The notes under the pieces were generated by a model that saw only the letters and a program-made list of their open reading frames with translations, was not told where the DNA came from and made no database searches. 15,935 bases of DNA from Calditrichia bacterium (GTDB lineage Bacteria; Calditrichota; Calditrichia; RBG-13-44-9), in assembly GCA_037381445.1 (NCBI GenBank), contig JARRQT010000071.1, positions 13,538-29,472 on the forward strand, read 5' to 3'. The stretch's first letter is position 1. Each line of letters starts with the position of its first letter. A program made the translations under genes and the position numbers. Below are positions 1 to 8,527 of this stretch, in pieces.

Positions 1-1
1 C

Positions 2-51
2 ACCTTAGTAGTGAAGAAACCCATCAGCCCTGAGACCTTATTACCTTATTC
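2..51 (-). repeat. Left cluster of the 9-bp motif (T/G)A(A/C)(T/C)AAG(G/C)T, 3 copies on the minus strand
   Basis: Reverse complements: 2-10 TACTAAGGT, 35-43 TAATAAGGT, 43-51 GAATAAGGT. Confidence 0.7.
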
Positions 52-54
52 GTT

Positions 55-507
55 ATGAAAATTGAATATAACAATCTCTATATCCATTTTATTTTCATCA
101 CATTAAACCGGCAGGCGTCGATTCCTGAAATCACTCGAGAAAGAATAGAAAAATACATCACAGGCATTATCAATAATAATTCGTGCAAATTATACGCTAT
201 ATATGCCAATCCGGATCATGTGCATTTTTTGGTTTCCCGCAGTCCGGAACTGTCCGAAGAACGCCTTGCTACCATTGTTGCAGACAGTTCGGAAGATTTT
301 ATTAACAGGAACAAGCTTGCCAAAGGTTAATTTTTCTGGCAAAGATCAGCATCCGGCTTCTCTGTATCAAAATCCGATATTGATAAAGTATGCCGGTATA
401 TACTAAATCAGCCGGAGCATAATAAAAAATTTACTTTTGCATAAGAATATGAAAAATTCATTAAACATTACCAGGAAACGCTGCAAAAGAATAAGCTAAT
501 AAGGTAA
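55..507 (+). pseudogene. tnpA: IS200/IS605-family or RAYT-like Y1 (HUH) tyrosine transposase, disrupted by in-frame TAA stops at 328-330 and 442-444
   Basis: HUH motif NPDHVHFLV (H-V-H at 217-225). Reading through TAA 328 in frame gives FFWQRSASGFSVSKSDIDKVCRYILNQPEH, with the F-x-WQ motif and catalytic Y-x-x-N-Q helix (Tyr 397-399). After TAA 442 it continues EYEKFIKHYQETL to TAA 505-507. About 150 codons, typical Y1 transposase size. Confidence 0.88.
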
Positions 508-561
508 AAAAAGAGGGAAACCGGCTGAATTACCAAGGTCAAATTGAAAAGAATAAGGTCT
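489..561 (+). repeat. Right cluster of the same 9-bp motif, 4 copies on the plus strand, forming inverted repeats with the left cluster
   Basis: 489-497 GAATAAGCT, 497-505 TAATAAGGT, 531-539 TACCAAGGT, 551-559 GAATAAGGT. 35-51 vs 489-505 is a 16/17 inverted repeat; 33-42 vs 552-561 is a perfect 10-bp inverted repeat. Confidence 0.7.
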
Positions 562-745
562 TCATTTTTTATTGCAGATATGATAAAAATTTGCTGAAAA
601 AACTTTGAAACGAATCTAATTCATTGATTCGTAAAAAAACCTCCAATGCTCAAATTATCGAAATTGTTGATTAGCTCGTAAAACTCCGCGAGGAATGGAA
701 AAAATCATTCCCACTCTTCTCCCGCATATAAAATCGCCGCCGCCG

Positions 746-1702
746 TTAACCCAGCATTCCCGCCTGCAGCGGCTCTTCCGAAATCGTGGAATCAACCGGG
801 ATGGTTTCGGTATTTACGGCCGTCAATTTTCCGCCTTCGAATGAGAAATCGGTTTTCCCCAGCAGAATGCCCGCAAAGCCCACCTGCAAAATCCGTGTTG
901 TATGCCCTCCATTGGACTGAATAACGTCAGGCTCCCTCATAAAAGTATGAGAGTGGCCGCCCACAATCCAGTCAATTCCGTTCACCCGGTAGGCAATCTC
1001 TTTATCACTCGGTTTTCCCGGGGAGGCAACATATCCCAAATGGGAAAGCACCACAACCAGATTGCATTTCAAATCCCGGCGCAAATATTTGACAATGGTC
1101 CCCAAAGGTTTGTATACACTGTTGTATTCAACTCCCCGGTGGTTGTCCATCGCCACCAGGTCCTTGAAATCGATCCCCACGCCGGTAATTCCCACCCTGA
1201 CCGGACCAAAATCCCGCACGATAAATGTCTTGAAGAAAGGGGCCAACGGACTGCTGCCGAAATCATAATTGCAGTTTACCATTTCGAAACGCGCATACTG
1301 CATGGCGTCAGCCAGGGCTTCCACACCATTATCAAATTCATGATTCCCGATGGTGCCGATATCGTACCCGCACCGGCTCATGGTCTGGTATTCCACCTTT
1401 CCCTTAAACAGATTAAAAAAAGGCGTCCCCTGGAAAGCATCGCCGGCATCCACCAGCAGCGTGTTGGGATTTTGACTGCGGATCCGCTTTACCAGGGTGG
1501 TGCGGCGGGCAATCCCTCCCATCCCCTGATTTCTGCCGCCGTCCATCGGAAAAGGATCGATCCTGGAATGGGTATCATTGGTCTGCAGGAGCGTAAGCCG
1601 GAAATTTCCCTGGGCGGCCAAGGCATTTTTTATCCACAGATGCGGGAACTGCATTGCGGTCCCCAGCGCAATTGTATTTCTGATAAATTCTCTTCTTTTC
1701 AT
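746..1702 (-). CDS. 5'-nucleotidase/UDP-sugar hydrolase N-terminal metallophosphoesterase domain protein with Tat signal
   Basis: Calcineurin-like motifs TNDTHS, DAGD, IGNHEFD, LSHLG and GGHSH. Twin-arginine signal MKRREFIRNT...AxA. ATG 1702 preferred over 1729 because it puts the RR motif at the N-terminus. Confidence 0.9.
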   Translation of the reverse strand: MKRREFIRNTIALGTAMQFPHLWIKNALAAQGNFRLTLLQTNDTHSRIDPFPMDGGRNQGMGGIARRTTLVKRIRSQNPNTLLVDAGDAFQGTPFFNLFKGKVEYQTMSRCGYDIGTIGNHEFDNGVEALADAMQYARFEMVNCNYDFGSSPLAPFFKTFIVRDFGPVRVGITGVGIDFKDLVAMDNHRGVEYNSVYKPLGTIVKYLRRDLKCNLVVVLSHLGYVASPGKPSDKEIAYRVNGIDWIVGGHSHTFMREPDVIQSNGGHTTRILQVGFAGILLGKTDFSFEGGKLTAVNTETIPVDSTISEEPLQAGMLG

Positions 1703-1725
1703 TTTAGTATACCCGGAATTGATTT

Positions 1726-2523
1726 TCAATTTTGATTCTGCGGGCGGCTGCTGCCCACCACGACCATCCGGCCGTCTATTTTGGCGGAAACCGGTTTCCC
1801 CTCTGCCTCAAAGGCTTTCAATCCGTCCAGTATGGCATCCCGCAGTTTTACCCCCAGAAACCTGCGGGGAACCTGTCCCAGGATCTCCATCTTATCGCGG
1901 CCGGGAGAGGAGAGATAGTCAGTGGTGACTACCCGGTATATCTGGTCCGGATTCACTACCCCGCCCTGAATCGAAAATTTGTTCAACCTGTCACCTTCCA
2001 CCTCAATTCGCATCCCGGCAATGCATTCGCCGTGCTGGCTGCCAATCTGTTTGGCAAGTTCTCTCATTTGAAGCCCGGTGAATTCCAAAACCACCAGTTC
2101 ATTTTCGAAGGGCATTAACTCGTATACTTTTCGCAGGGTGATCGGCCCTTTGGGAATATCAATCCGCAGCCCTCCCACATTGGTTATCGCCACGTCCACT
2201 TTTTGGGTATCCGCTTCATTGGCTTTTTGCAGCATCAGATCGGCGACCAGGTTATTCAGGGTGGCTTCCGGCTTTCCTTTCTTCAAATCCACGCCGGCGC
2301 GGGCGATCACCACATTCATGGTGGTGTTCACCTCGTTGCGGTAGGGACTAATCAGTGCTTCCATGGCCGGGTCGGCAGTGATTGTGGAATCAATGGCCAG
2401 ATTATGACTGGCGACCTCCTGAAGCAGGCGGCCGCCCTGGCTCCCCGTTCCGGCACATTGCCACAGGAACACCGGAAAAACAACCACCCAAATCCAGTTC
2501 CGCCATTGCATACTTTTTTTCAT
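1726..2523 (-). CDS. 5'-nucleotidase C-terminal (substrate-binding) domain protein, probable lipoprotein
   Basis: LNNLVAD, NVGGLR-x-D-I-x-KGPIT, MPFENEL and YRVVTTDYL motifs. Hydrophobic N-terminus ending LWQC (Cys23). GAGG RBS upstream. Confidence 0.9.
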   Translation of the reverse strand: MKKSMQWRNWIWVVVFPVFLWQCAGTGSQGGRLLQEVASHNLAIDSTITADPAMEALISPYRNEVNTTMNVVIARAGVDLKKGKPEATLNNLVADLMLQKANEADTQKVDVAITNVGGLRIDIPKGPITLRKVYELMPFENELVVLEFTGLQMRELAKQIGSQHGECIAGMRIEVEGDRLNKFSIQGGVVNPDQIYRVVTTDYLSSPGRDKMEILGQVPRRFLGVKLRDAILDGLKAFEAEGKPVSAKIDGRMVVVGSSRPQNQN

Positions 2524-2739
2524 ATATCCTCACACACTAAATATTTGAGACAGGCAGCAATCTATCGAATTTCATTTAGAATCCGGTTTAATTGTTTCTC
2601 CCGTAAAACGGGCTATCGCAGGAAGCAATTGAGAAGCACTGAAAATCTAAGAAAACAATGTGCGTCATGATTAGGTGAAGCGAAAAATTCCGTAGTTAAA
2701 AATTACTCAACTTCTTTTTATTTGAGTGTAATCAGAGAT

Positions 2740-2797
2740 ACCTGAAATTGCAAGAATAATTTTACAGAAAGGTCTGCAAATTATGGCAAATTCAGGT
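2740..2797. other. Long imperfect stem-loop about 20 nt downstream of the methyltransferase stop
   Basis: ACCTGAAATTGC...GCAAATTCAGGT (11/12), inner ATAATTT/AAATTAT and CAGA-AAGG-TCTG. Confidence 0.6.
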
Positions 2798-2817
2798 GCC
2801 GGTATATAAAGCTTCCG

Positions 2818-3546
2818 TTACCGGGATTTCCAAATATCATAAACCGAAATAAAGGGAGCTTTGCCCCGGAATTTCACCTGTATATCCGTCTTTTTCAGGA
2901 CAAATCCCTCTTCCCGAAGCATATCCAAAAACTTATTGGCGACTTTGCGGTTAGGCTCGCTCAGATATACATGTCCGCCGGGACGAAGCAGTTGATTAAA
3001 TGTATCGATCAGCGGCCAGAAAAAGCGTTTTTCATAGGCCACATCGGAGGCGAGAATCACCTCAAAACGGCTTTTCAGGTCCGGCTGCCGCCAGTCCATT
3101 AATGCAGTAGCGGAAGATTTCCCCAGATTCAGCAGGCAATTCAGTTCTGAAAAGCGCAGGGCATCCGGCTGGTAATCAGTGAATAAGACATCCGCGCCTG
3201 CATCCAGGGCGGCCATGCCCACCAGCCCCAGACCGCAGCCCAGTTCCAGAACGCTGGTCCCCCTACCCAACATCCCCGAATCCAGAATGAAACGGGACAG
3301 GGCAAGTGAAGACGGCCAGATTTCCGCCCAGTAAGGCAGCCGTTCATCCTTCACTTCCACATGGTTGGGATCCAGTTTAATGATCTCGTTCAGAAGATCA
3401 TCCAGATTTTTCACCGAAATGATGCGGTATTTCCGTTCTCCGAGGTCGTAGGTATTCTCCTCGATGCGGTATTTTCTGGAAAGCAGTTGGTACAGAGAAT
3501 CGAACCGTTCGGCAATCTCCGTAGCAAAAGGGAATTCAATATCCAT
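2818..3546 (-). CDS. Class I SAM-dependent methyltransferase, Methyltransf_16 / METTL21-like
   Basis: LPYWAEIWPSS, SAM motif VLELGCGLGL, post-I FTDY, and ILASDVAYE (D-x-x-Y). ATG 3546 (MDIEF) preferred because the track start at 3627 overlaps the GH57 gene. Confidence 0.85.
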   Translation of the reverse strand: MDIEFPFATEIAERFDSLYQLLSRKYRIEENTYDLGERKYRIISVKNLDDLLNEIIKLDPNHVEVKDERLPYWAEIWPSSLALSRFILDSGMLGRGTSVLELGCGLGLVGMAALDAGADVLFTDYQPDALRFSELNCLLNLGKSSATALMDWRQPDLKSRFEVILASDVAYEKRFFWPLIDTFNQLLRPGGHVYLSEPNRKVANKFLDMLREEGFVLKKTDIQVKFRGKAPFISVYDIWKSR

Positions 3547-3608
3547 AAAGCATCTTAATTTTTTTAAACTTTTTGCGATTCGAAATGACCGGGGATCTGA
3601 TCTCCCGA

Positions 3609-5783
3609 TTAAACCGACCATTCCCAATATTCAAAATCTTCTCCCGGCACCTCTACCTCTATCAAATTGATACGCGGGAACTCCTCCAGCGGCTGTCCCT
3701 TCAGCTTCACCTGCACCTGCAGACCCAGCACATCGCCGACCTTTACCTCCAGATCGCTGAATGAAATAGCCAGCTCCAGAATCTGATCGATTTTGTAGGA
3801 CGGATTCAGGTTGATCTTCTGCTGGGTCCCGTCATCCATCTTGTATTTTTCCAGCACACCGCGAAGCGGAGAAATGACAAAGGTCAGCTGGTGGGGCCGC
3901 TTCAGCGCAATCACGAATTCAGCCAAAGGATCCGGTTTGGCCGAAAAATCCACCCGCAGATAGAGATGCTTCGCATCAAATCCGACATACAGGCGGTTCA
4001 TAAAACGGGTCACCTGGTGCATGGCAGCCTGGGGCGATTTTGCCACTTCATAGACAGCCGCTCCCACCCACTCATAAAAATGGCTGGACTTCCCGTCGAT
4101 GACCGGGGTGATAAAGTTCTTGGGCCGGGTGCTCTCAAAACGGTCAAAATGAACCCGTTTGATGGTCTGATACAGCGCGATGGGCGTATCCTGACCCAGC
4201 AACCGGTAGACTTCCATCAGGTGCTCACGGTAGAGCTGATCGAATTCCATATCATTGGATGAAGAGTGCTCGTCACCGTACCACCAGTTCCAGTCGGAAC
4301 CTTCGGCAATGTAAATTTTTTCCCAGGCTTTTTTCAGGACATCTTCCGAATAGAGGCCGAGCTTTTCCTGCTCCACCAGGAATTCCCGGGACTGGGCAAG
4401 AATGTCCCAGGATTTATTGTCCTCCTCCCCGCCAATCCAGATATTAAAATTGCTGTTGATCCATGAGCCGGGAAAGAGATTCGTCAATTTGCCCTTCTTC
4501 CTGCTCCTGTCCAGAACCTCCCCCAGCGTAACGGTTTCGATCAGATCATTATCGGTAAGGGCGGCATATAAATTCCGCAGGAAAGGTTTGCCATCGCCCT
4601 CGTAATATTCCCAGCAATTTTCGCCGTCCAGTATAATGGGGATCACAAAATTATCGAGAGCGTCTTCGCCGTAGCGGTCCGTCAACATTTTACGGATAGC
4701 AAACAGGCGTTTCATCAGATCTTCCACTGCGCGGTCCGCCGGCCAGTTGCTGTAGACAAATCCGATGGCATCGGACAGGTAGTGATCCCGGAAAAACATG
4801 TTGATCTGGTTCTTCCCGGTGTCCAGCGTGTAGGGCTGGTAAATTTTGGAATGGGTATAGTTATCTCTCAGGGTGTTGGCGAGTATTCCTTCGTCGGTGG
4901 CCACCCATTCAATTCCCTGGCGGGCGATGATCTCCAGCGCCTGCATACTCACGCTGCCTTCCGACGGCCACATTCCCCGCGGGAATTTCCCGAACAGGCT
5001 CTTAAAATATTCGAGTCCTCTTACCACCTGAATTTCCGCATCCTCGGGCTGAATATAGTGATGCTGGGGCAAGGAAATCCCGGGAGACGATTCTTTCCCG
5101 ATATAGTTATCGCAGAGCAGCGGCAGAATGGGATGATAAAACGGCGTGGTGCTGAGTTCCACCTGACCGCTCTCCCACATTTTCTGAAAAGTCGGCACGA
5201 TATCCGCCATGATGCCGCGGGTTTCCTCCAGCAAGGCTGTCTTGTCCGATTCGCTGAATCCCTTTCCCTTTTTGAAAAGTCGGGCAATCACCGGTCGTTT
5301 CCGGGATTCCATTCCGATCCAGCTCAGGTTATACCACACCTGTAGGTCCCTGTAATCCGCAGCCGAAAAAGACTCTATTTGTCTTTCCAGAGATTCATTC
5401 TTCAGGTATAATTTGAATTTCAGGTAGAGTTCATAAAACCGGGCGTACGGCCTGATCATGTTGTTCACGTTCGCCAGAAAAAAATTCGTCAGAATCTTTT
5501 TCTTATCCTCCGCATTCAGTTTGTCGGCCGGTTTTTCGGTCAGTATCCAGATATTGTCTTTGGCGCCATTATGAGCGTAATCCTGAATTTGTGTCAGCAG
5601 GGAAGGAACCAGATTATAGCTTTGTTTGACGCCAGGGAATTCCTGTAGAACCAGCATCAAATCGAGATAATCTTTGGTGCTGTGAAAGCGTACCCAGGGC
5701 ATTTGATAAAATCCGGAGCCGTTCTGATAAAAGGGCTGGTGCTGGTGCCATAAAATGGCCAAACCTAATTTTTTCCCGCTCAT
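3609..5783 (-). CDS. Glycoside hydrolase family 57 (amylopullulanase/alpha-amylase-like), no signal peptide
   Basis: GH57 conserved regions WHQHQP, PFYHPILPL, MWPSEG (nucleophile Glu), LDGENCWEYY (acid/base Asp) and AEGSDWNWW. 724 aa. Confidence 0.93.
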   Translation of the reverse strand: MSGKKLGLAILWHQHQPFYQNGSGFYQMPWVRFHSTKDYLDLMLVLQEFPGVKQSYNLVPSLLTQIQDYAHNGAKDNIWILTEKPADKLNAEDKKKILTNFFLANVNNMIRPYARFYELYLKFKLYLKNESLERQIESFSAADYRDLQVWYNLSWIGMESRKRPVIARLFKKGKGFSESDKTALLEETRGIMADIVPTFQKMWESGQVELSTTPFYHPILPLLCDNYIGKESSPGISLPQHHYIQPEDAEIQVVRGLEYFKSLFGKFPRGMWPSEGSVSMQALEIIARQGIEWVATDEGILANTLRDNYTHSKIYQPYTLDTGKNQINMFFRDHYLSDAIGFVYSNWPADRAVEDLMKRLFAIRKMLTDRYGEDALDNFVIPIILDGENCWEYYEGDGKPFLRNLYAALTDNDLIETVTLGEVLDRSRKKGKLTNLFPGSWINSNFNIWIGGEEDNKSWDILAQSREFLVEQEKLGLYSEDVLKKAWEKIYIAEGSDWNWWYGDEHSSSNDMEFDQLYREHLMEVYRLLGQDTPIALYQTIKRVHFDRFESTRPKNFITPVIDGKSSHFYEWVGAAVYEVAKSPQAAMHQVTRFMNRLYVGFDAKHLYLRVDFSAKPDPLAEFVIALKRPHQLTFVISPLRGVLEKYKMDDGTQQKINLNPSYKIDQILELAISFSDLEVKVGDVLGLQVQVKLKGQPLEEFPRINLIEVEVPGEDFEYWEWSV

Positions 5784-7312
5784 TTACTTGTTATCCCAAT
5801 TCTCTTAAAAACCGTCATCATCGAAAACCGCAACTGATCTCTTTCGCTTTGCGAAAAAAAGAGGAAAATCCCGGCGGCGATGATACCGACGTAAGCTATT
5901 ACTCTCCAGACAAAATTAGGGTTCAAAATATAATAAAATAAATATGCAAAACCCACCATTCCCAGGACACCAAAAATCTTATTCCAGTTCAGCGGCAGCG
6001 GAAATACCTGTTGAGCAACCACATAAATCAAGGCTGCCATGGCCAGGTAGGCCGCCACAGTTGCGATAACGGCGCCCCACATCCCAAGAACCGGCAGCAG
6101 CAGGATATTGCAGACAATGTTGAGAACTGCTCCGGTGCCGGTGAATAAAACCATGAATTTGCTTTTTTTGGTGATATAAAAAGCCGGTGTAAAAATGACA
6201 TAAATTCCGAAAAAGAAATAGGACAGCACAATCCAGGGAATGATTCCGATGCCCGCCCAGTAATCTTTGCCCAGGAGATAAAAGGCATCAAAAAAGTGCA
6301 GCGTTAAAATATCGCGAATGAAAAAGGTCATAAAAATAACGATTCCGCCTGCCAGCAGAAGATAGTAATTCAGAATACGGGAATACACGGCCCGGGCATT
6401 GGGCTCTTCGGCAATTTTCAGAAAGAAGGGCTGCCACGCGTTCCGGAAACCCACGATGAGCAGCAGCAGAATGGAAGCGAACTTGTAATTGGCGTGATAA
6501 TAGGCCATGACATCTTTGCCCAGGTAGTCCGTCACCAGGAAACGGTCCACCATTTCAATGGTCATATAGGCGATGCCGTTAGGAAGAAAGGGCAGCCCGA
6601 AATGCACCATCTCCTTCAGCAATGGGACATCGATCGTAAAACGGAAATATTTGAGCGCAAAGGGCGACATAACCACGAAATTAATCACCGAAGCCAGCAC
6701 ATTGGCGTAAAGGATTCCGATCACCCCTCTTTTGAGAATAACCACGAATAAGATATTCAATAACAGCTCCAGACCAAAACGCGACATCCTGAAGACGGTG
6801 AAGGAAACCGGCCGCTCTTCCGCCCGCAGAATGAGAAACGGAAGATTCCCGATGGTGTCAAAAAACAAGATCAGCGCGGCCAGCCGGATGTAGGGCGTCA
6901 GATCGGCGGTGAACAGGATCAGCCGGGAGAGCGGGGCGGCAAAAATAAAAAGAAAAATGCTTGTGACAATACCCGCTCCGGTCAAAACCAGAAAGGTGGT
7001 GGAGAACACGGTCTTGCGGTCCCGCCTGCCCAGGAAGAAATAGCGCAGGAAAGCGGAATCCATCCCAAACAGATAGACGAAATTCATAAACGCGATGAAG
7101 GTGTAAATCAATCCATAATTGCCAAAATCGCTGGGTTTGGGAATGTAGGCCGTGCTGGTGTAGATGGGCAGCATAATCAGTCCCTGCAGCCGCTGAATGG
7201 AAGTGCTCAGGGAGTACACCGCCGAGTGCCGGAAAAGCCGGCGTATGGGACTCGAAGTTTTGTGCTTTTTTTCCTGGCCGGTCGCGACCTGTTGGTTTTT
7301 TACATCATCCAT
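5780..7312 (-). CDS. Polysaccharide/oligosaccharide flippase, Wzx/RfbX (MOP superfamily)
   Basis: 510 aa with many hydrophobic helices; motifs LPIYT, FGMDSAFLRY, FGLPFLP, DRFLV and AWQPFF. Stop overlaps the GH57 start (ATGA). Confidence 0.88.
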   Translation of the reverse strand: MDDVKNQQVATGQEKKHKTSSPIRRLFRHSAVYSLSTSIQRLQGLIMLPIYTSTAYIPKPSDFGNYGLIYTFIAFMNFVYLFGMDSAFLRYFFLGRRDRKTVFSTTFLVLTGAGIVTSIFLFIFAAPLSRLILFTADLTPYIRLAALILFFDTIGNLPFLILRAEERPVSFTVFRMSRFGLELLLNILFVVILKRGVIGILYANVLASVINFVVMSPFALKYFRFTIDVPLLKEMVHFGLPFLPNGIAYMTIEMVDRFLVTDYLGKDVMAYYHANYKFASILLLLIVGFRNAWQPFFLKIAEEPNARAVYSRILNYYLLLAGGIVIFMTFFIRDILTLHFFDAFYLLGKDYWAGIGIIPWIVLSYFFFGIYVIFTPAFYITKKSKFMVLFTGTGAVLNIVCNILLLPVLGMWGAVIATVAAYLAMAALIYVVAQQVFPLPLNWNKIFGVLGMVGFAYLFYYILNPNFVWRVIAYVGIIAAGIFLFFSQSERDQLRFSMMTVFKRIGITSK

Positions 7313-7597
7313 AAAATTTATTTTATATCGGAAAACAGTCCAGTCATTTTTAAATCGTTACAATTTAATAAAAAATCAAAAAGAATATCCAATTTAATCC
7401 AGAAAAGTGAATTATAAAAATCTTTCCGAAAAATGCGGCTATTTCCCGGCATTTATGCATGGAACATAATTTGATTTTATGAAAGGAAATTCCCGTCGGT
7501 TTCGCGATGTCCGGCGGCACCGCAATAATTAAATTTTGAAGGAAGTAGCCAGAATGAAAATGAATTCCGGGAAAGGGAAGAACGCTGCACTCCCTGC

Positions 7598-8365
7598 TCA
7601 CGAAGGGATTTCCAGCTCCAGTCCGTCAAAGGCGGGCTGAATATGCGGAGGCAGGCGGCGCTGCAGCTCCCGGTGGCTGACTTCATGGCTCATATGCACA
7701 AAATAAGTCTGCCGGGCGCCGATTTTCTCCGCTTCCGCAGCCGCCTGAGCTATCGTAAAATGGGTGGGATGCGGCCGGTTTCGAAGCGCTCCCAATACCA
7801 GTATATCGAGATCCTCCAGCAAGGAATAAGTTTCTTCCGGGAAACCGCTCACATCAGTACAATAGGCAAACTTCCCGATGCGGAAACCGGTATTGGGGAG
7901 GTTCCCGTGCCGGAGAGGCAGCGGAATAATCTCTGTCCCGTCAACTTCAAAAGGAGCAGTATCAAAAACATGGGACCGGATTTGCGGAATATCGGACTGG
8001 GCCTCCTGTCCGCTGAAGACATAGGCGTATACCCGCTTCAAATGCTGGAAGGTATAAGAATTGGCATAAATCATCACATCCTTTTTCTGAAGAAAATTGA
8101 TGGCCCGCAGTTCATCCATCCCGAAAATATGATCGGCGTGAGGATGGGTAAACAGAACCGCATCCACCGTCCGGATTCCCGCGCGCAGCGCCTGCTGCCG
8201 GAAATCGATGCCGGTATCGATTATCCAGCTCTTATTCTCATGTTCGATCCACACAGAAGTGCGCAGTCGTTTATCGCGGGCATCCTCCGAATGGCAGACT
8301 GCGCAATCGCAGCCGATCATGGGAATACCCATAGATGTTCCGGTGCCCAGAAATGTAACTTTCAT
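7598..8365 (-). CDS. MBL-fold metallohydrolase, PhnP-like phosphodiesterase
   Basis: Canonical N-terminus MKVTFLGTGTSMGIP-x-IGCDCAVC, HxHxDH motif THPHADH, YCTD, THF and VHMSH. ATG at 8365. Confidence 0.92.
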   Translation of the reverse strand: MKVTFLGTGTSMGIPMIGCDCAVCHSEDARDKRLRTSVWIEHENKSWIIDTGIDFRQQALRAGIRTVDAVLFTHPHADHIFGMDELRAINFLQKKDVMIYANSYTFQHLKRVYAYVFSGQEAQSDIPQIRSHVFDTAPFEVDGTEIIPLPLRHGNLPNTGFRIGKFAYCTDVSGFPEETYSLLEDLDILVLGALRNRPHPTHFTIAQAAAEAEKIGARQTYFVHMSHEVSHRELQRRLPPHIQPAFDGLELEIPS

Positions 8366-8461
8366 GAAATCCTGCCGCTTATTTTGAAAGCAATTTTCTC
8401 TGCCTTCATGTCTGTTGAAATGCGCCTCCAAACATTGCCATTTTCCGCAGAAACTCTTATC

Positions 8462-8490
8462 ATAAAAATGCCGGAGAAAAAACTCCGGCA
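8462..8490 (-). terminator. Intrinsic terminator downstream of the alcohol dehydrogenase gene
   Basis: Perfect 8-bp stem TGCCGGAG (8469-8476) / CTCCGGCA (8483-8490), followed on the minus strand by TTTTTA. About 37 nt after the stop at 8528. Confidence 0.75.
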
Positions 8491-8527
8491 GAGGTTATTC
8501 ATTTGCGAATATTCAGTCCCGGGCGCC

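Noticed and set aside
328..444. TAA recoding or readthrough as an explanation for the transposase stops
   Set aside because: TAA is the normal terminator of several intact genes here (for example at 746, 2818, 3609 and 13195-13197).
1..561. CRISPR array or TnpB/IscB cargo near the transposase
   Set aside because: Repeats are only 9 bp, irregularly spaced and in both orientations; no downstream nuclease ORF in the window.
610..711. Small hairpins ACGAATC/GATTCGT (610-632) and GGAATG/CATTCC (692-711) between convergent genes
   Set aside because: Short stems with long loops and no convincing U-tract; cannot be called terminators or IS ends.
902..2670. Plus-strand ORFs 902-1735, 1732-2118 and 2203-2670
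   Set aside because: Antisense shadows of the nucleotidase genes with no recognisable domains.
7361..7416. CAATTTAAT direct repeat (7361, 7390) and minus-strand TATAAT (7411-7416) upstream of the flippase
   Set aside because: AT-rich context makes chance matches likely, and no matching -35 element.
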